Positions 8,673 to 18,620 are shown, counted from the first letter of the stretch. The stretch is DNA of 64,000 nt from an uncultured Dehalococcoidia bacterium (GCA_913047625.1 CAJWUJ010000002.1:2743-66742); one strand, 5' to 3'. The notes: a model not told the origin generated them from the letters alone. Program-made: numbers and translations.

Positions 8673-9113
8673 CTAAGAATTTACCGGTGTGAGGATTACA
8701 AGAGGTATTTCCCTTGATGTTGCCTGTTTGTATTTATCAAAACCACTGTATATTGCTACTGCTTTTTTCCATAGATCATAGTAAAGTGGATCTCCTGGCA
8801 CAACAATAGTGACCTTACTCTTCTTTACAGTGGATCCTATTCTAACTTGGGCTATAGCGTTGTACTTAAGGTTAACGAACCAAGATGGATTCACGTTGCT
8901 ACCGCCAAACGATGCTACTACAACGTATGATTTCCCAAATGGTATAGCTGCCAAGGGTGCCGTTCGAATTTTACCGGACTTTTTGCCGACTGTTGTAAGT
9001 AATAAAAATGTTATTCCTTTCCAACGCGTTCCAATTCGGCCACCCGAAAGAACATATATCAATTGGTGAATTCTGGAGAAAATTCGAATAATGTGAAATC
9101 TGGATTGCATCAT
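8673..9113 (-). CDS. Deazaflavin (F420)-dependent nitroreductase-like protein (Ddn/DUF385 family)
   Basis: LLLTTVGKKSGKIRTAPLA...VVVASFGGSNVNPSWFVNLKYN...REIPLVILTP matches the characteristic DUF385 pattern. Confidence 0.7.
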   Translation of the reverse strand: MMQSRFHIIRIFSRIHQLIYVLSGGRIGTRWKGITFLLLTTVGKKSGKIRTAPLAAIPFGKSYVVVASFGGSNVNPSWFVNLKYNAIAQVRIGSTVKKSKVTIVVPGDPLYYDLWKKAVAIYSGFDKYKQATSREIPLVILTPVNS

Positions 9114-9148
9114 GAAAAGGGTACAGAAAGAAAAAACGTTACGTACAA

Positions 9149-9913
9149 TTAAAGAAAGGCGCCAGTTTCACCGCCATCCAGATAAATGACCTGACCAGTC
9201 ATCCATTCAGCAGCTGGGCTTGCAAGGTACACAGCCAGCAAACCAAGATCTCGAAGGTCAGTCAACCGACCCATAGGGATTCCTTCCTTTGCCTTGGCTC
9301 GCTGTTCTGGTGTTTTTAAAGAGTTTTTACTCATATCCGTCTCAAACCAGCCAGGTCCAATGGCGTTTACTGAGATGTTGTAGCTGGCCCATTCCATTGC
9401 AAGCACTTTAGTCATCATGTTCAGGGCTGCTTTACTGCTGTTATAAGCAACACTACCACCAGTAGCCATAGCTCCGCTAATCGAAGAAATATTTATAATG
9501 CTTCCGGAATGTCGTGACTTCATTCCTTCTGCTACAGCGCGACAGCAATAAAAAGGCCCACTGAGATTCGTTTCAATAACTTGATGCCAAGCAGCATCAC
9601 TTAACGGGTCAGAAAATGGAGTGGTACTAATGCCCGCGTTATTTACTAGGATGTCGATAACTCCAAATTCATTAATAACTCCGGCAACCATTTCTCGAAC
9701 ACTGTCAGCATTACTGATATCTGCTTGGAAAGCTAGGGAACGCTTGCCTATGGAATGAATTTCATCAGCTACATCTTCTAACTGATTCATCGTTCTTGCG
9801 GTTAGTGCAACATTAGCACCTGCTTCTGCGAAAGTGAGGGCTATTGCCCGGCCTATTCCTCTTCCTCCACCAGTTATAAGAGCATTTTTCCCTTCCAGGC
9901 TGAATTCATTCAC
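9149..9913 (-). CDS. Short-chain dehydrogenase/reductase (FabG-like)
   Basis: TGGGRGIGRAIA, NNAG, and catalytic S...YNSSK. Confidence 0.85.
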   Translation of the reverse strand: MNEFSLEGKNALITGGGRGIGRAIALTFAEAGANVALTARTMNQLEDVADEIHSIGKRSLAFQADISNADSVREMVAGVINEFGVIDILVNNAGISTTPFSDPLSDAAWHQVIETNLSGPFYCCRAVAEGMKSRHSGSIINISSISGAMATGGSVAYNSSKAALNMMTKVLAMEWASYNISVNAIGPGWFETDMSKNSLKTPEQRAKAKEGIPMGRLTDLRDLGLLAVYLASPAAEWMTGQVIYLDGGETGAFL

Positions 9914-10043
9914 GTTCAGTATCCTCCCTGAGATTATTGCTGATGGCTATTGGTCTGTGTATGCAAGAATCACAAGCCAGACTGTCTATATTGGGGTTTT
10001 GTCTTGGCCACATTGAAAAACAGAGATGTGAAATAGTGTGAAT

Positions 10044-10118
10044 TGGCTCCCCGAGTAGGATTCGAACCTACGACCCGCCGGTTAACAGCCGGCTGCTCTA
10101 CCACTGAGCTATCGGGGA
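10044..10118 (-). tRNA. tRNA-Asn (anticodon GTT), CCA encoded
   Basis: The reverse complement TCCCCGA TA GCTC AGTGGTA GAGC A GCCGG CTGTTAA CCGGC GGGTC GTAGG TTCGAAT CCTAC TCGGGGA G CCA folds as a perfect 75-nt cloverleaf. Confidence 0.95.
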
Positions 10119-10176
10119 ATAATACCCGTCTCATTCTACCAAAAATCATCTCAGTAAGATTGATTTATTGATAGCA

Positions 10177-11367
10177 TCAAATGACTGCTTGTTTTCGAAG
10201 TTCTTCTATTTGTGCTTCGCTTAGATTTAAAAGTTCTTTTAACAGTTGGTCTGTATGTTGTCCAGGAGTTGGTGGTGATCCGACCGCAGGATTACTTCTT
10301 CCATAATGAAAATAATCTCCGGAAACCGCTATTGTACCAGACACTGGATCATCCACTTCCGTCATTATATTTCGCTCCCATGGGTGAGGATCCTCAGCTG
10401 CTTGCGTGAGACTATTAACTGGGCATGATGGAACATCAGCTTTAGCACATAGGGACACGATTTCCTTTGCAGTCAAACTCTTTGTCCACTCAATAACCGC
10501 TTCCTCAATAATATCTATATTAGCCTCTCTGCTTTCAAAATCAGCAAAGCGATCATCTCCAATCCAGTCTTCCTTGCCCATTAAAGAGCACAATCGGTGG
10601 AATATTTCTGCTCCTGTCGCTACTAATAAAACCCACCCGTCCTTGGTAGGATAAGTCCCATTGGGAGGCGCACCGTAGCGATTGCCTGTTTTTTCAGTGA
10701 CGTATCCTGTCCCTCGATAAGCAGAAACAGGTATTTCAGTTAGGCTATACCCTGAATCTGCCAAGCAGACATCTATAGTTTGTCCCTCGCCAGACAAATT
10801 CCTTTCCCATAAGGCTCCAAGTGCAGCTATAGCTCCATGTAGTGCTGTAATTCGATCAACGACTGGAGCGTATGTTTTTATGGGAGGCATATCTTTTTCC
10901 CCAGTTAATGACATATGGCCACTTAAGGCTTGGCCTATTTGGTCAAAACCCACGCGTTCCCAGTAAGGTCCGAACTGTCCGTAGGCAGAGATATTGACCA
11001 TGATAATACCTTTGTTGAGTTCTTTTAGTTTTTCGTACCCGAACCCCATTTTATCCATGGTTCCTGGTCGAAAGTTTTGGATCAGTATATCTGAAACCTT
11101 GACTAATTCACTGAGAATAGACTTGCCTTCTTCAGAACGGGTATCTAGGGTCAAACTTTTCTTCCCACTGTTATATTGAACCCAGTAGGCACTTTGGCCT
11201 CGAACAAACGGCCCGTGGTCTCTACTTCGATCCCCTTCACCTGGTTTTTCAATCTTGATTACTTCTGCTCCGAGTCTAGCCAATACTAGTCCGCATCTAG
11301 GACCAGCCTGAAATCTTCCCAGATCCAGAACCCGTACATTTGATAATGGAGTGTTTGGTATTCCCAC
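10177..11367 (-). CDS. Family III CoA-transferase (CaiB/BaiF/formyl-CoA transferase family)
   Basis: PLSNVRVLDLGRFQAGPRCGLVLARLGAEVIKIE N-terminus is typical of the family. GTG start with AGAGAGG 6 nt upstream. It lies 18 nt after the crotonase stop. Confidence 0.85.
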   Translation of the reverse strand: MGIPNTPLSNVRVLDLGRFQAGPRCGLVLARLGAEVIKIEKPGEGDRSRDHGPFVRGQSAYWVQYNSGKKSLTLDTRSEEGKSILSELVKVSDILIQNFRPGTMDKMGFGYEKLKELNKGIIMVNISAYGQFGPYWERVGFDQIGQALSGHMSLTGEKDMPPIKTYAPVVDRITALHGAIAALGALWERNLSGEGQTIDVCLADSGYSLTEIPVSAYRGTGYVTEKTGNRYGAPPNGTYPTKDGWVLLVATGAEIFHRLCSLMGKEDWIGDDRFADFESREANIDIIEEAVIEWTKSLTAKEIVSLCAKADVPSCPVNSLTQAAEDPHPWERNIMTEVDDPVSGTIAVSGDYFHYGRSNPAVGSPPTPGQHTDQLLKELLNLSEAQIEELRKQAVI

Positions 11368-11385
11368 GACAAGCCTCTCTTTAGT

Positions 11386-12159
11386 TTATTTTTGGGAAGA
11401 TTTACCTTTCCTGGTAAGGAAATCTTTGAACCCTTCTTTTACTGTGACTTTTTGCAGAGATTCTTTGACTATATCCCATTCCACGTCTAGATGGTTTCGC
11501 AGAGGACTTCCTATATTATCATGTAGGAGTTTCTTGATAGACTGAACACTAGTTGGATAATTGCCTGCGATTGCGGTAGCTATCTCCATTGATTTAGACA
11601 TCAAGTCCTCTTCTTTTACTAAATGGTTTAAAAGACCAATGCTTGCAGCTTCTTCTGCTTTTATCAACCGGCCGGTGTAGAGAAGTTCTTTGGCCATTGG
11701 CAATCCTACGAGTAATGGTAGTGACCAGGTTGAATTCAATCTCCCATATGCGGCAGCCAGAAATTTAAACTCGGTTTTCGGGCAGCCAATGCGGATATCA
11801 AAACAAGATGCAACAGTGGCTCCGCCACCGTAGGCTAAACCGTTGAGGGCTCCGATAGTGGGTTTCTTGCATGTAGCCAAATGCCAATAATAGTCCCAAC
11901 GCTTTACTTGCAAGGGTAAAGTGTCATCCACGGTAAGATCAGCCATTTCGTGAATGTCTGCTCCTGCGGAGAATGCCCGATCACCAGCTCCTGTGACAAT
12001 GATGGCGCGAATGTCGTCATTGACATCCCATTCATCCAGAATGTGGTCAACTTCTTCACCAAGAGCGAAATTAAGTGCATTCAGTTTCTCAGGCCGATTC
12101 AGTGTGATAATGCCAACGCCGTTTTCCGTGTGAGTTTTAATAAATTTATAGGTCATCAT
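11386..12159 (-). CDS. Enoyl-CoA hydratase/isomerase (crotonase) superfamily protein, first catalytic Glu not conserved
   Basis: ITLNRPEKLNAL, FSAGADI and LNGLAYGGG oxyanion-hole motifs. The position of the hydratase Glu (Q-P-E-I-L-L-G) reads FLAAAYG. The second Glu is retained (MAKELLYTG). Confidence 0.8.
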   Translation of the reverse strand: MMTYKFIKTHTENGVGIITLNRPEKLNALNFALGEEVDHILDEWDVNDDIRAIIVTGAGDRAFSAGADIHEMADLTVDDTLPLQVKRWDYYWHLATCKKPTIGALNGLAYGGGATVASCFDIRIGCPKTEFKFLAAAYGRLNSTWSLPLLVGLPMAKELLYTGRLIKAEEAASIGLLNHLVKEEDLMSKSMEIATAIAGNYPTSVQSIKKLLHDNIGSPLRNHLDVEWDIVKESLQKVTVKEGFKDFLTRKGKSSQK

Positions 12160-12293
12160 TTATTGTTGGGTCCTCGGTCGATGAGGTAATAATCCTACTC
12201 CTTTTCTGCCAGAATGCTAAGGAAGCTGTTTTTCACGAAAGTTCACTCGGTAATTGTTTCTTGCGAACTCGGGGGTATTATAAGGACACCTAT

Positions 12294-12327
12294 AAACGGC
12301 GGTCAAGAATCCTTTTGTCAGCCGTTT
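12294..12327. promoter_or_regulatory. 7-bp inverted repeat (AAACGGC N20 GCCGTTT) in the divergent crotonase/hyuB intergenic region
   Basis: Read directly from the sequence. It lies about 100 nt upstream of the hyuB ATG. Function is unknown (operator or leader hairpin). Confidence 0.2.
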
Positions 12328-12430
12328 TCAAATAGCTCGGTCGCTAACTTCAGAATCAAGGTGAGTCTTGCCTATTTAATCTGACTCGTGAATAATGAGA
12401 TACAGGGTTCAGTGAGGATATGAGAGCGCT

Positions 12431-14146
12431 ATGGCTAGGACTATTGATCCAATAAAATTTGAAGTTATTCGAAATGCATTTGTAGAAGCAACTGAGGAAA
12501 TGGCAGCTGCCTTAAGGCGATCTGCATATTCCACTAATATAAAGACACGATGTGATTTTTCGTGTGCTTTGTTTGATTCGAAGCTTCGGCCTATAGCGCA
12601 GTCATTTTCACAGCCCAACCACTTAGGATCAATGGTTAAGACAGTACAAAAGTCGGTTGCTGCTTACAAGTCCGAACATTTAGGAGAAGGTGACGCCTTA
12701 GTTGTCAATTATCCCTATATAGGTGGTGTCCATCTAAACGACATTTGTCTTATAAGCCCTGTTTACTATCAAGGAACTTTGGTGGCATACGTTGCGAATT
12801 TAGCACACCATGTGGATGTCGGTGGTGGAGCACCAGCAAGTGTTGGCTCGTTTAAAGAGATCTATCAGGAGGGAGTTATTATTCCACCTGTCAAATTAGT
12901 TTCTTCAGGGAAAGTTGTGCAGGATGTCATGAACTTTATCATGGCGCAAGTTCGATCAAAAAAGGAAACAGCAGGAGATTTTCGTGCCCAAATAGCATCG
13001 AATAATACGGGGGCAAGGAGACTACATTCTTTACTAGATACGTCTGGTCTGGGAACTGTTTTGACTTATATGGATGAATTGATTGATTATGGGGCCCGAA
13101 GAACCAAGCAGGCCATAGCAAAACTTCCTCGCGGAGAGTACTCGGCAGAAGGATATCTGGATAATGATGGATTTACAGAATCGCCAGTGCTCTTGAAAGC
13201 CAAGGTCATCATTGAAGAGGATAGCGTAACCTTTGATTTATCTGGATCTGACCCACAACGCAATGCACCAGTTAATTCCACATATGCCCAGACTTATTCA
13301 GCGTGTGCTTTTGTCTTGAAGTGTATTATTGATCCCGATATCCCAGTCAATGAAGGATTCTATAGATATGTTAATGTCAATGCGCCAGAGGGAACCGTTG
13401 TTAACTGTGTTCATCCTTTCCCTGTAGTGGGAGGATGGGAAACTCAGGATCGACTGACTGACGTAATTATTAAGGCGTTGTCGGTACCTATGCCTAATGA
13501 AATGATTGCAGGCACCAAAGCAATGATTTGCCATTCTGGATTTGGAGGCCAAAGACCAAACTCTGGGGATTTTTATTGTTTCCTAGAAACCGTTGCAGGC
13601 GGGTTCGGTGGGAGAGCTAGTAGTGATGGTCCAGATGCTGTCCAGGCGCATGGACAAAACACTCAAAATGCACCGGTTGAAGAAACAGAAATCAACTACC
13701 CTGTTCGAATTTTACGGTATGAATTAGTAGATGATTCCGAAGGTCCGGGAACATTTAGAGGAGGCCTTGGAGTGAGGCGGGATTATCTTTTCCCTTATAC
13801 TCCTGCACTGTTTACCGTCTTAGCGGACAGAGACCGATGGGGTCCGTGGGGTCTTTTTGGTGGTGGCTCTGGGAAAAAGGCTTCCTATAGATACATCACT
13901 GCTACCGAAGAAATCGATTTGAGTTCAAAAACTACGGTTGACTTAAATGTCGGTGATGTTATGAGCTATGAGACTTGTGGTGGCGGCGGCTATGGGCCTC
14001 CAGATGCCCGTATCCCAGAATTGGTTCTTCGTGATGTTAGGGAAGGGAAAGTTAGCCACGAGAGAGCTAGATCTGTGTATAAAGTCGTAATCGATAGAGA
14101 AAACTGGACAATTGACGAACAAGCAACAAAGAAACTGCGTAACTAA
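12431..14146 (+). CDS. Hydantoinase B / oxoprolinase (HyuB) family protein, copy 1
   Basis: 571 aa. The N-terminus IDPIKFEVIRNAFVEATEEMAAALRRSAYSTNIKTRCDFSCALFD and the C-terminal GGGGYGPP motif are typical of HyuB / 5-oxoprolinase B-type subunits. Confidence 0.85.
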   Translation: MARTIDPIKFEVIRNAFVEATEEMAAALRRSAYSTNIKTRCDFSCALFDSKLRPIAQSFSQPNHLGSMVKTVQKSVAAYKSEHLGEGDALVVNYPYIGGVHLNDICLISPVYYQGTLVAYVANLAHHVDVGGGAPASVGSFKEIYQEGVIIPPVKLVSSGKVVQDVMNFIMAQVRSKKETAGDFRAQIASNNTGARRLHSLLDTSGLGTVLTYMDELIDYGARRTKQAIAKLPRGEYSAEGYLDNDGFTESPVLLKAKVIIEEDSVTFDLSGSDPQRNAPVNSTYAQTYSACAFVLKCIIDPDIPVNEGFYRYVNVNAPEGTVVNCVHPFPVVGGWETQDRLTDVIIKALSVPMPNEMIAGTKAMICHSGFGGQRPNSGDFYCFLETVAGGFGGRASSDGPDAVQAHGQNTQNAPVEETEINYPVRILRYELVDDSEGPGTFRGGLGVRRDYLFPYTPALFTVLADRDRWGPWGLFGGGSGKKASYRYITATEEIDLSSKTTVDLNVGDVMSYETCGGGGYGPPDARIPELVLRDVREGKVSHERARSVYKVVIDRENWTIDEQATKKLRN

Positions 14147-14157
14147 AGGAGATATTA

Positions 14158-15327
14158 ATGGATAGTAATGCCGATGCTGTCGTGATTGGGGGCGGGATTT
14201 TTGGAGCAAGTGCTGCTCATTTTTTGGCAAAGAAAGGTTTTGGCAACATAGTGCTTTTAGAGAAGCGTTCACTCGCTGCAGTGAGTACGGGGCATTCTGC
14301 AGCAAATGTACGTACCTACTACTCTAATCCTATGACTGTGCAGCTTGCTTGGAAAGCAGTGCAAATGTTTGAAAGATCAGAGGAGCTCTTAGGAGGAGAT
14401 TGTGGTTTTGATCAAATCGGTTTTCTCTTGTTAATTGATGAAGAGAATAGAATTCCAGGAAAACATATTCTGGAGATGGAATCAAGTAATGGTGTAGAAG
14501 TGAAAGACATGTCTGTAGAGGACTTGAAAGAATTGGCTCCTGATATGAATACAGAAGGCTTGATTGGTGGTATTTACGAGGTGAGGTCTGGCTATGCGGA
14601 TCCAATCAAGACTACAAAATCTTTGGCTTATAAAGCTAAGGATTGGGGACTAAAGGTTTACGAAGGAGTAGAAGCAACAGGGATCTCACTTGAGGGTGAT
14701 AGGGTCACGGGAGTAAGTACATCTGATGGATTTATAAGTACTCCGGTCGTTATAAATGCTGCTGGTCCTTGGGGTAATCAAGTTGGCAGTTGGGTTGGCC
14801 TAAATCACTCGATTCGATGGAGTAGAGAAACAGATATGGCCGTCCATTTACCTCCTAATTTTGGTCGAATGCCAGTGGTTTCAGATCCCAGTCTGGTATT
14901 TTATTATCGACCTCAAGGGCAAGGTGAACTGGTGGCAGGATTGGGATTTCCAAAAGAGATAGAACCAGTGGACATAAATAGCTACGATGAGACACTTGAT
15001 CCAGATAGTCGCCACAGGATTGAGCGTAAACTATTTGAGAGATTACCGGTTCTCAAAGACGCTAAATATTCACATGGTTGGGCTTCTCTCTACACAATTT
15101 CTGATGATTGGCATCCTTTGGTAGGGAAAGAGGATGGACTTCAGGGATATTATTCGTGTTTTGCTGGAAGTGGACATTGTTTCAAGTTAGGACCTCCTAT
15201 TGGTGAGGCATTGGCTGATATGATCATGGGCCAAGACACATCAATAGATATCACCGCTCTGAGACCAAGTAGATTCAAAGAAGGTGAACCTATGACTTCT
15301 GCCTGGGGTGGCGGAAATAGAGCGTAG
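14158..15327 (+). CDS. FAD-dependent oxidoreductase, DAO family (sarcosine oxidase beta / glycine-D-amino-acid oxidase-like)
   Basis: DAVVIGGGIFGASAAHFLAKKG dinucleotide fold. C-terminal GHCFKLGPPIGEALA. AAGGAG RBS. It starts 11 nt after the hyuB stop. Confidence 0.8.
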   Translation: MDSNADAVVIGGGIFGASAAHFLAKKGFGNIVLLEKRSLAAVSTGHSAANVRTYYSNPMTVQLAWKAVQMFERSEELLGGDCGFDQIGFLLLIDEENRIPGKHILEMESSNGVEVKDMSVEDLKELAPDMNTEGLIGGIYEVRSGYADPIKTTKSLAYKAKDWGLKVYEGVEATGISLEGDRVTGVSTSDGFISTPVVINAAGPWGNQVGSWVGLNHSIRWSRETDMAVHLPPNFGRMPVVSDPSLVFYYRPQGQGELVAGLGFPKEIEPVDINSYDETLDPDSRHRIERKLFERLPVLKDAKYSHGWASLYTISDDWHPLVGKEDGLQGYYSCFAGSGHCFKLGPPIGEALADMIMGQDTSIDITALRPSRFKEGEPMTSAWGGGNRA

Positions 15328-15391
15328 TCAGACAATTACCATTGTAGTTTTGGCGTCGCTAATTTACAGAATAGTTATCTAGGAGTGTGGT

Positions 15392-16987
15392 ATGTTTTTT
15401 AATTCGCGTCGATCGTCTGTCTTGAGTAAGCAGGGTATGGTTGCCACTAGCCAACCGCTAGCAGCTGTAGCTGGTTTAAAAATGTTGATGAACGGCGGAA
15501 ATGCGGTTGATGCAGCAGTTGCTGCAGCGGCTGCATTAGCAGTAGTAGAACCTATGTCAACAGGTATAGGCGGTGATGCCTTTTCGCTTGTTTGGATAGC
15601 AAAGGAAAAGAAAGTTTATGCACTCAATGCTAGCGGAAGGGCTCCACAGGCAGCATCAGTGAATGAGCTTATAGGACAAGGTCTTACGGAAATTCCTTCC
15701 ACAAGCCCTTATTCTGTTTCGATTCCAGGAACAGTAGATGGATGGATCGATATCTTAAATAAATTTGGGACAATGCCTATTAGTGAGGTGCTCCAACCCT
15801 CCATAGACTATGCAGAATCAGGTTTTCCTGTTTCTGAGTTGATAGCGTCCCAGTGGTCCGAAGGAATGGTTAAGCTTAATCAATTTCCATCTGGTAGAGA
15901 ATTGAGTATTGACGGGGAAGCTCCTCGTCATGGACAGACTATTCGGTTGCCTGAGCTTGGTACCGTTCTCAGAAACATTGCTGAAGGAGGACGAGACGCA
16001 TTTTATCGGGGTGAGGTAGCGCAAAAGATTGCAGATTTCATCCAGCAGATTGGAGGTTGGATTACAGTCGAGGATCTTGCGCAGCATACTTCAAACTGGG
16101 AACAACCTATTGCTACTGATTACAGAGGGCTAACTTGCTGGGAGTGTCCACCCAACGGACAGGGTCTTGCGGCTCTTATCGCTTTGAACATAGCGGAGGG
16201 ATTTGATTTCGGAAAACTTAGCCATGATAGTCCTGAAAGGTACCACCTTCTTATTGAAACCATGCATTTAGCATTTGCGGACGCACTTGCCTATATTGCC
16301 GATCCTAGCGCTGCACACGTGCCTACTGAGCGATTAATATCCAAAAATTATGCAGAGGAGCGTCGTTCTCTTATAGGGGATAAGGCATCTTTGCTACATG
16401 TCAATCCTGGCAATATTACCAATGATGGAGATACAGTTTATATCTCTGTTGTTGACGGTGAAGGCAATGCGTGTTCTTTTATCAACAGCTTATATCAGGG
16501 ATTTGGATCTGGGCTAGTTGTCCCAGGTACTGGTATTGCCCTTCAGAACAGGGCTGCTTTGTTTTCTTTGGTTCCAGACCATCCAAACGTATTGGCTCCA
16601 GGGAAAAGACCTTTCCACACTATCATCCCTGCGATGGCTACCAAGGATGGTGAATTATGTCTAAGTTATGGTGTTATGGGTGGATTTCAGCAAGCACAAG
16701 GTCATTTACAGGTTATTAATAACATTGTCGATTACGGTATGAAGCCTCAGCAATCTTTGGATGCCAGGCGGTTTAGTGTGGTTGTTGGTCAGGGAGTGGC
16801 ACTAGAAGACGATATGAATCCAGAGACGATCAATGCACTTCAAAAATTGGGGCACAATATATCTCTGGTAAGCGGGCATGAACGGATGATGTTTGGAGGA
16901 GCACAGCTTATCCAAAGAGATCCGGAATCCGGAGTTCTGTGGGGGGCATCAGAACCTAGAAAAGATGGTTGCGCTATTGGATTCTAA
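15392..16987 (+). CDS. Gamma-glutamyltransferase family protein (no recognisable signal peptide)
   Basis: GMVATSQPLAAVAGLKMLMNGGNAVDAAVA N-terminal pattern, autoprocessing/nucleophile Thr in NDGDTVYISVVD, and GVMGGFQQAQGH. The N-terminus MFFNSRRSSVLSKQG lacks a hydrophobic leader. Confidence 0.85.
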   Translation: MFFNSRRSSVLSKQGMVATSQPLAAVAGLKMLMNGGNAVDAAVAAAAALAVVEPMSTGIGGDAFSLVWIAKEKKVYALNASGRAPQAASVNELIGQGLTEIPSTSPYSVSIPGTVDGWIDILNKFGTMPISEVLQPSIDYAESGFPVSELIASQWSEGMVKLNQFPSGRELSIDGEAPRHGQTIRLPELGTVLRNIAEGGRDAFYRGEVAQKIADFIQQIGGWITVEDLAQHTSNWEQPIATDYRGLTCWECPPNGQGLAALIALNIAEGFDFGKLSHDSPERYHLLIETMHLAFADALAYIADPSAAHVPTERLISKNYAEERRSLIGDKASLLHVNPGNITNDGDTVYISVVDGEGNACSFINSLYQGFGSGLVVPGTGIALQNRAALFSLVPDHPNVLAPGKRPFHTIIPAMATKDGELCLSYGVMGGFQQAQGHLQVINNIVDYGMKPQQSLDARRFSVVVGQGVALEDDMNPETINALQKLGHNISLVSGHERMMFGGAQLIQRDPESGVLWGASEPRKDGCAIGF

Positions 16988-17060
16988 TCTTGTACTCTGA
17001 TCCATCCCAACAAAAGTTGGCATAACACCATTGCTACGGTACACCATTAAATAGTTGCAG

Positions 17061-18620
17061 TTAATGAACCACTCTTCCGGGCACAGCCCCGGTATGTGAG
17101 CCATTTTTGATTACTTGTACACCGTTTACAAAGACGTGGTGTATTCCCTCTGCAAATTGTTTCGGGTCTTTTAAAGTGGCGGGAGCATGCACCTTTTCAG
17201 GATCAAAAACTACTATGTCTGCCTTCATGCCATCTCGTAAGATTCCCCTATCCTTCAATCCTAGCCTTTGTGCAGGGAACGAAGACATTTTGCGAATAGC
17301 TTCTCTAAGTTCAAGGTGGGCATTTTGGCGTACGAAAACATCAAGGATAATAGGGAAAGTCCCGTAGGTGCGGGGACTTGGATGTTCTCCAAGTAATACG
17401 GCATCACTACCAATCATTGCAGCTGGATGTCTATAAAAGTCAGCGATTGACATTTGATTTCCACCAGCTGCTACATAATTAGTAGCCAGGTTTTCTTCAA
17501 TTAAAATATCACAAACGACATCAGCTGGATCCTTACCGGTTGCGTCTGCAATTTCGCCCAATGACCATCCGTCCCATTTAATGTTGTCATGGTCGTGGAG
17601 ATGAGTGATCCACATGTCATTCCAAGTGGGTGCTCGGGGCTTAAGCTCCTTTACAATTCTTTGACGTTCGTCAGGAGACTTGAGCCGTTCTAGTAGGCTG
17701 GTTGGTCCACCTTCCTGGGCCCATTGAGGCATGAGGATGATAAGCCGAGTACTCCCGTAAATGTAGGGATAAGAATCAAAAGTAAGGTCAGTACCTTCTG
17801 ATAAAGCTTCGTCTATTAGCTCGATTTGTTTGGCGAAAGGACCACGTGAAGGTAGTCGATGGAAGAAGTGAGATATATGAAGAGGAACTCCACTTTTGTT
17901 CGAAATTTCGATAGCTTCTCTGAACGGATCCAAGAACTTATCCCCGAGCGCATAACGAACATGAGTAGCATAAAACCCGCCCAATTTATTAACTTCTTTT
18001 GAGAGTTCTATGAGCTCCTCAGTACTTGCATAACTGCCAGGAGGATAGTCAAGGCCAGTTGAAATTCCTACAGCGCCCTCCTCCATTCCTTGGTGAATTA
18101 GATATTTCATTTTTTTCATTTCGTCAGTAGTGGGAGGACGATTATCCCATCCCATTGCTGAAATTCGTAGTGCAGAGTTACCCATTACATAGGCAAAGTT
18201 ACAGGAGACTTTGTTGTCCAAATGTCCTAAGTACTCACTAACACTACTCCATTCCTGTTGTAGTTCAGGGTTTCCATCTAGTCCCGCATTAAGCACGCGG
18301 AAAGCAGTCAGGTCATCTTTTGACAAAAATGGCGCATAAGAACAACCGTCTATACCAATGAGTTCGGTAGTGATTCCTTGAGTGACTTTCGGTTCATGTA
18401 GAGGCTTATCTAAGACAACCATTCCTGAATGAGCATGCATGTCTATAAATCCTGGGCAGACGATAAGTCCAGAGGCGTCTAAGGTTTCTGTTGCCGATAT
18501 GGAAGAAACATCACCCCTGATGATTTTTACCGTGTTGTCTGTCACACCAACGGAAGCGTAGAAACCGAGATTCCCAGTCCCGTCAACAATAAACCCGTTT
18601 TTTATTAGTAGATCAAGCAT
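17061..18620 (-). CDS. N-acyl-D-amino-acid deacylase (D-aminoacylase) family amidohydrolase
   Basis: DLLIKNGFIVDGTGN...PGFIDMHAHS (H-x-H), about 520 aa, with a D-aminoacylase-like domain layout. Confidence 0.75.
   Translation of the reverse strand: MLDLLIKNGFIVDGTGNLGFYASVGVTDNTVKIIRGDVSSISATETLDASGLIVCPGFIDMHAHSGMVVLDKPLHEPKVTQGITTELIGIDGCSYAPFLSKDDLTAFRVLNAGLDGNPELQQEWSSVSEYLGHLDNKVSCNFAYVMGNSALRISAMGWDNRPPTTDEMKKMKYLIHQGMEEGAVGISTGLDYPPGSYASTEELIELSKEVNKLGGFYATHVRYALGDKFLDPFREAIEISNKSGVPLHISHFFHRLPSRGPFAKQIELIDEALSEGTDLTFDSYPYIYGSTRLIILMPQWAQEGGPTSLLERLKSPDERQRIVKELKPRAPTWNDMWITHLHDHDNIKWDGWSLGEIADATGKDPADVVCDILIEENLATNYVAAGGNQMSIADFYRHPAAMIGSDAVLLGEHPSPRTYGTFPIILDVFVRQNAHLELREAIRKMSSFPAQRLGLKDRGILRDGMKADIVVFDPEKVHAPATLKDPKQFAEGIHHVFVNGVQVIKNGSHTGAVPGRVVH

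Noticed and set aside
10044-10118. tRNA-Asn as a possible genomic-island integration site
   Set aside because: No integrase or recombinase gene lies nearby. I could find no duplicated tRNA 3' segment by eye in the flanks. The neighbouring genes resemble the rest of the window in content.
12415-12426. Shared AGGATAT(G/C)GAG string just upstream of both hyuB starts (also at 27898-27911)
   Set aside because: The match is only 7-10 nt and overlaps purine-rich SD-like sequence. The probability of a chance match in two short leaders is not negligible. It is not enough to claim a common regulatory element.
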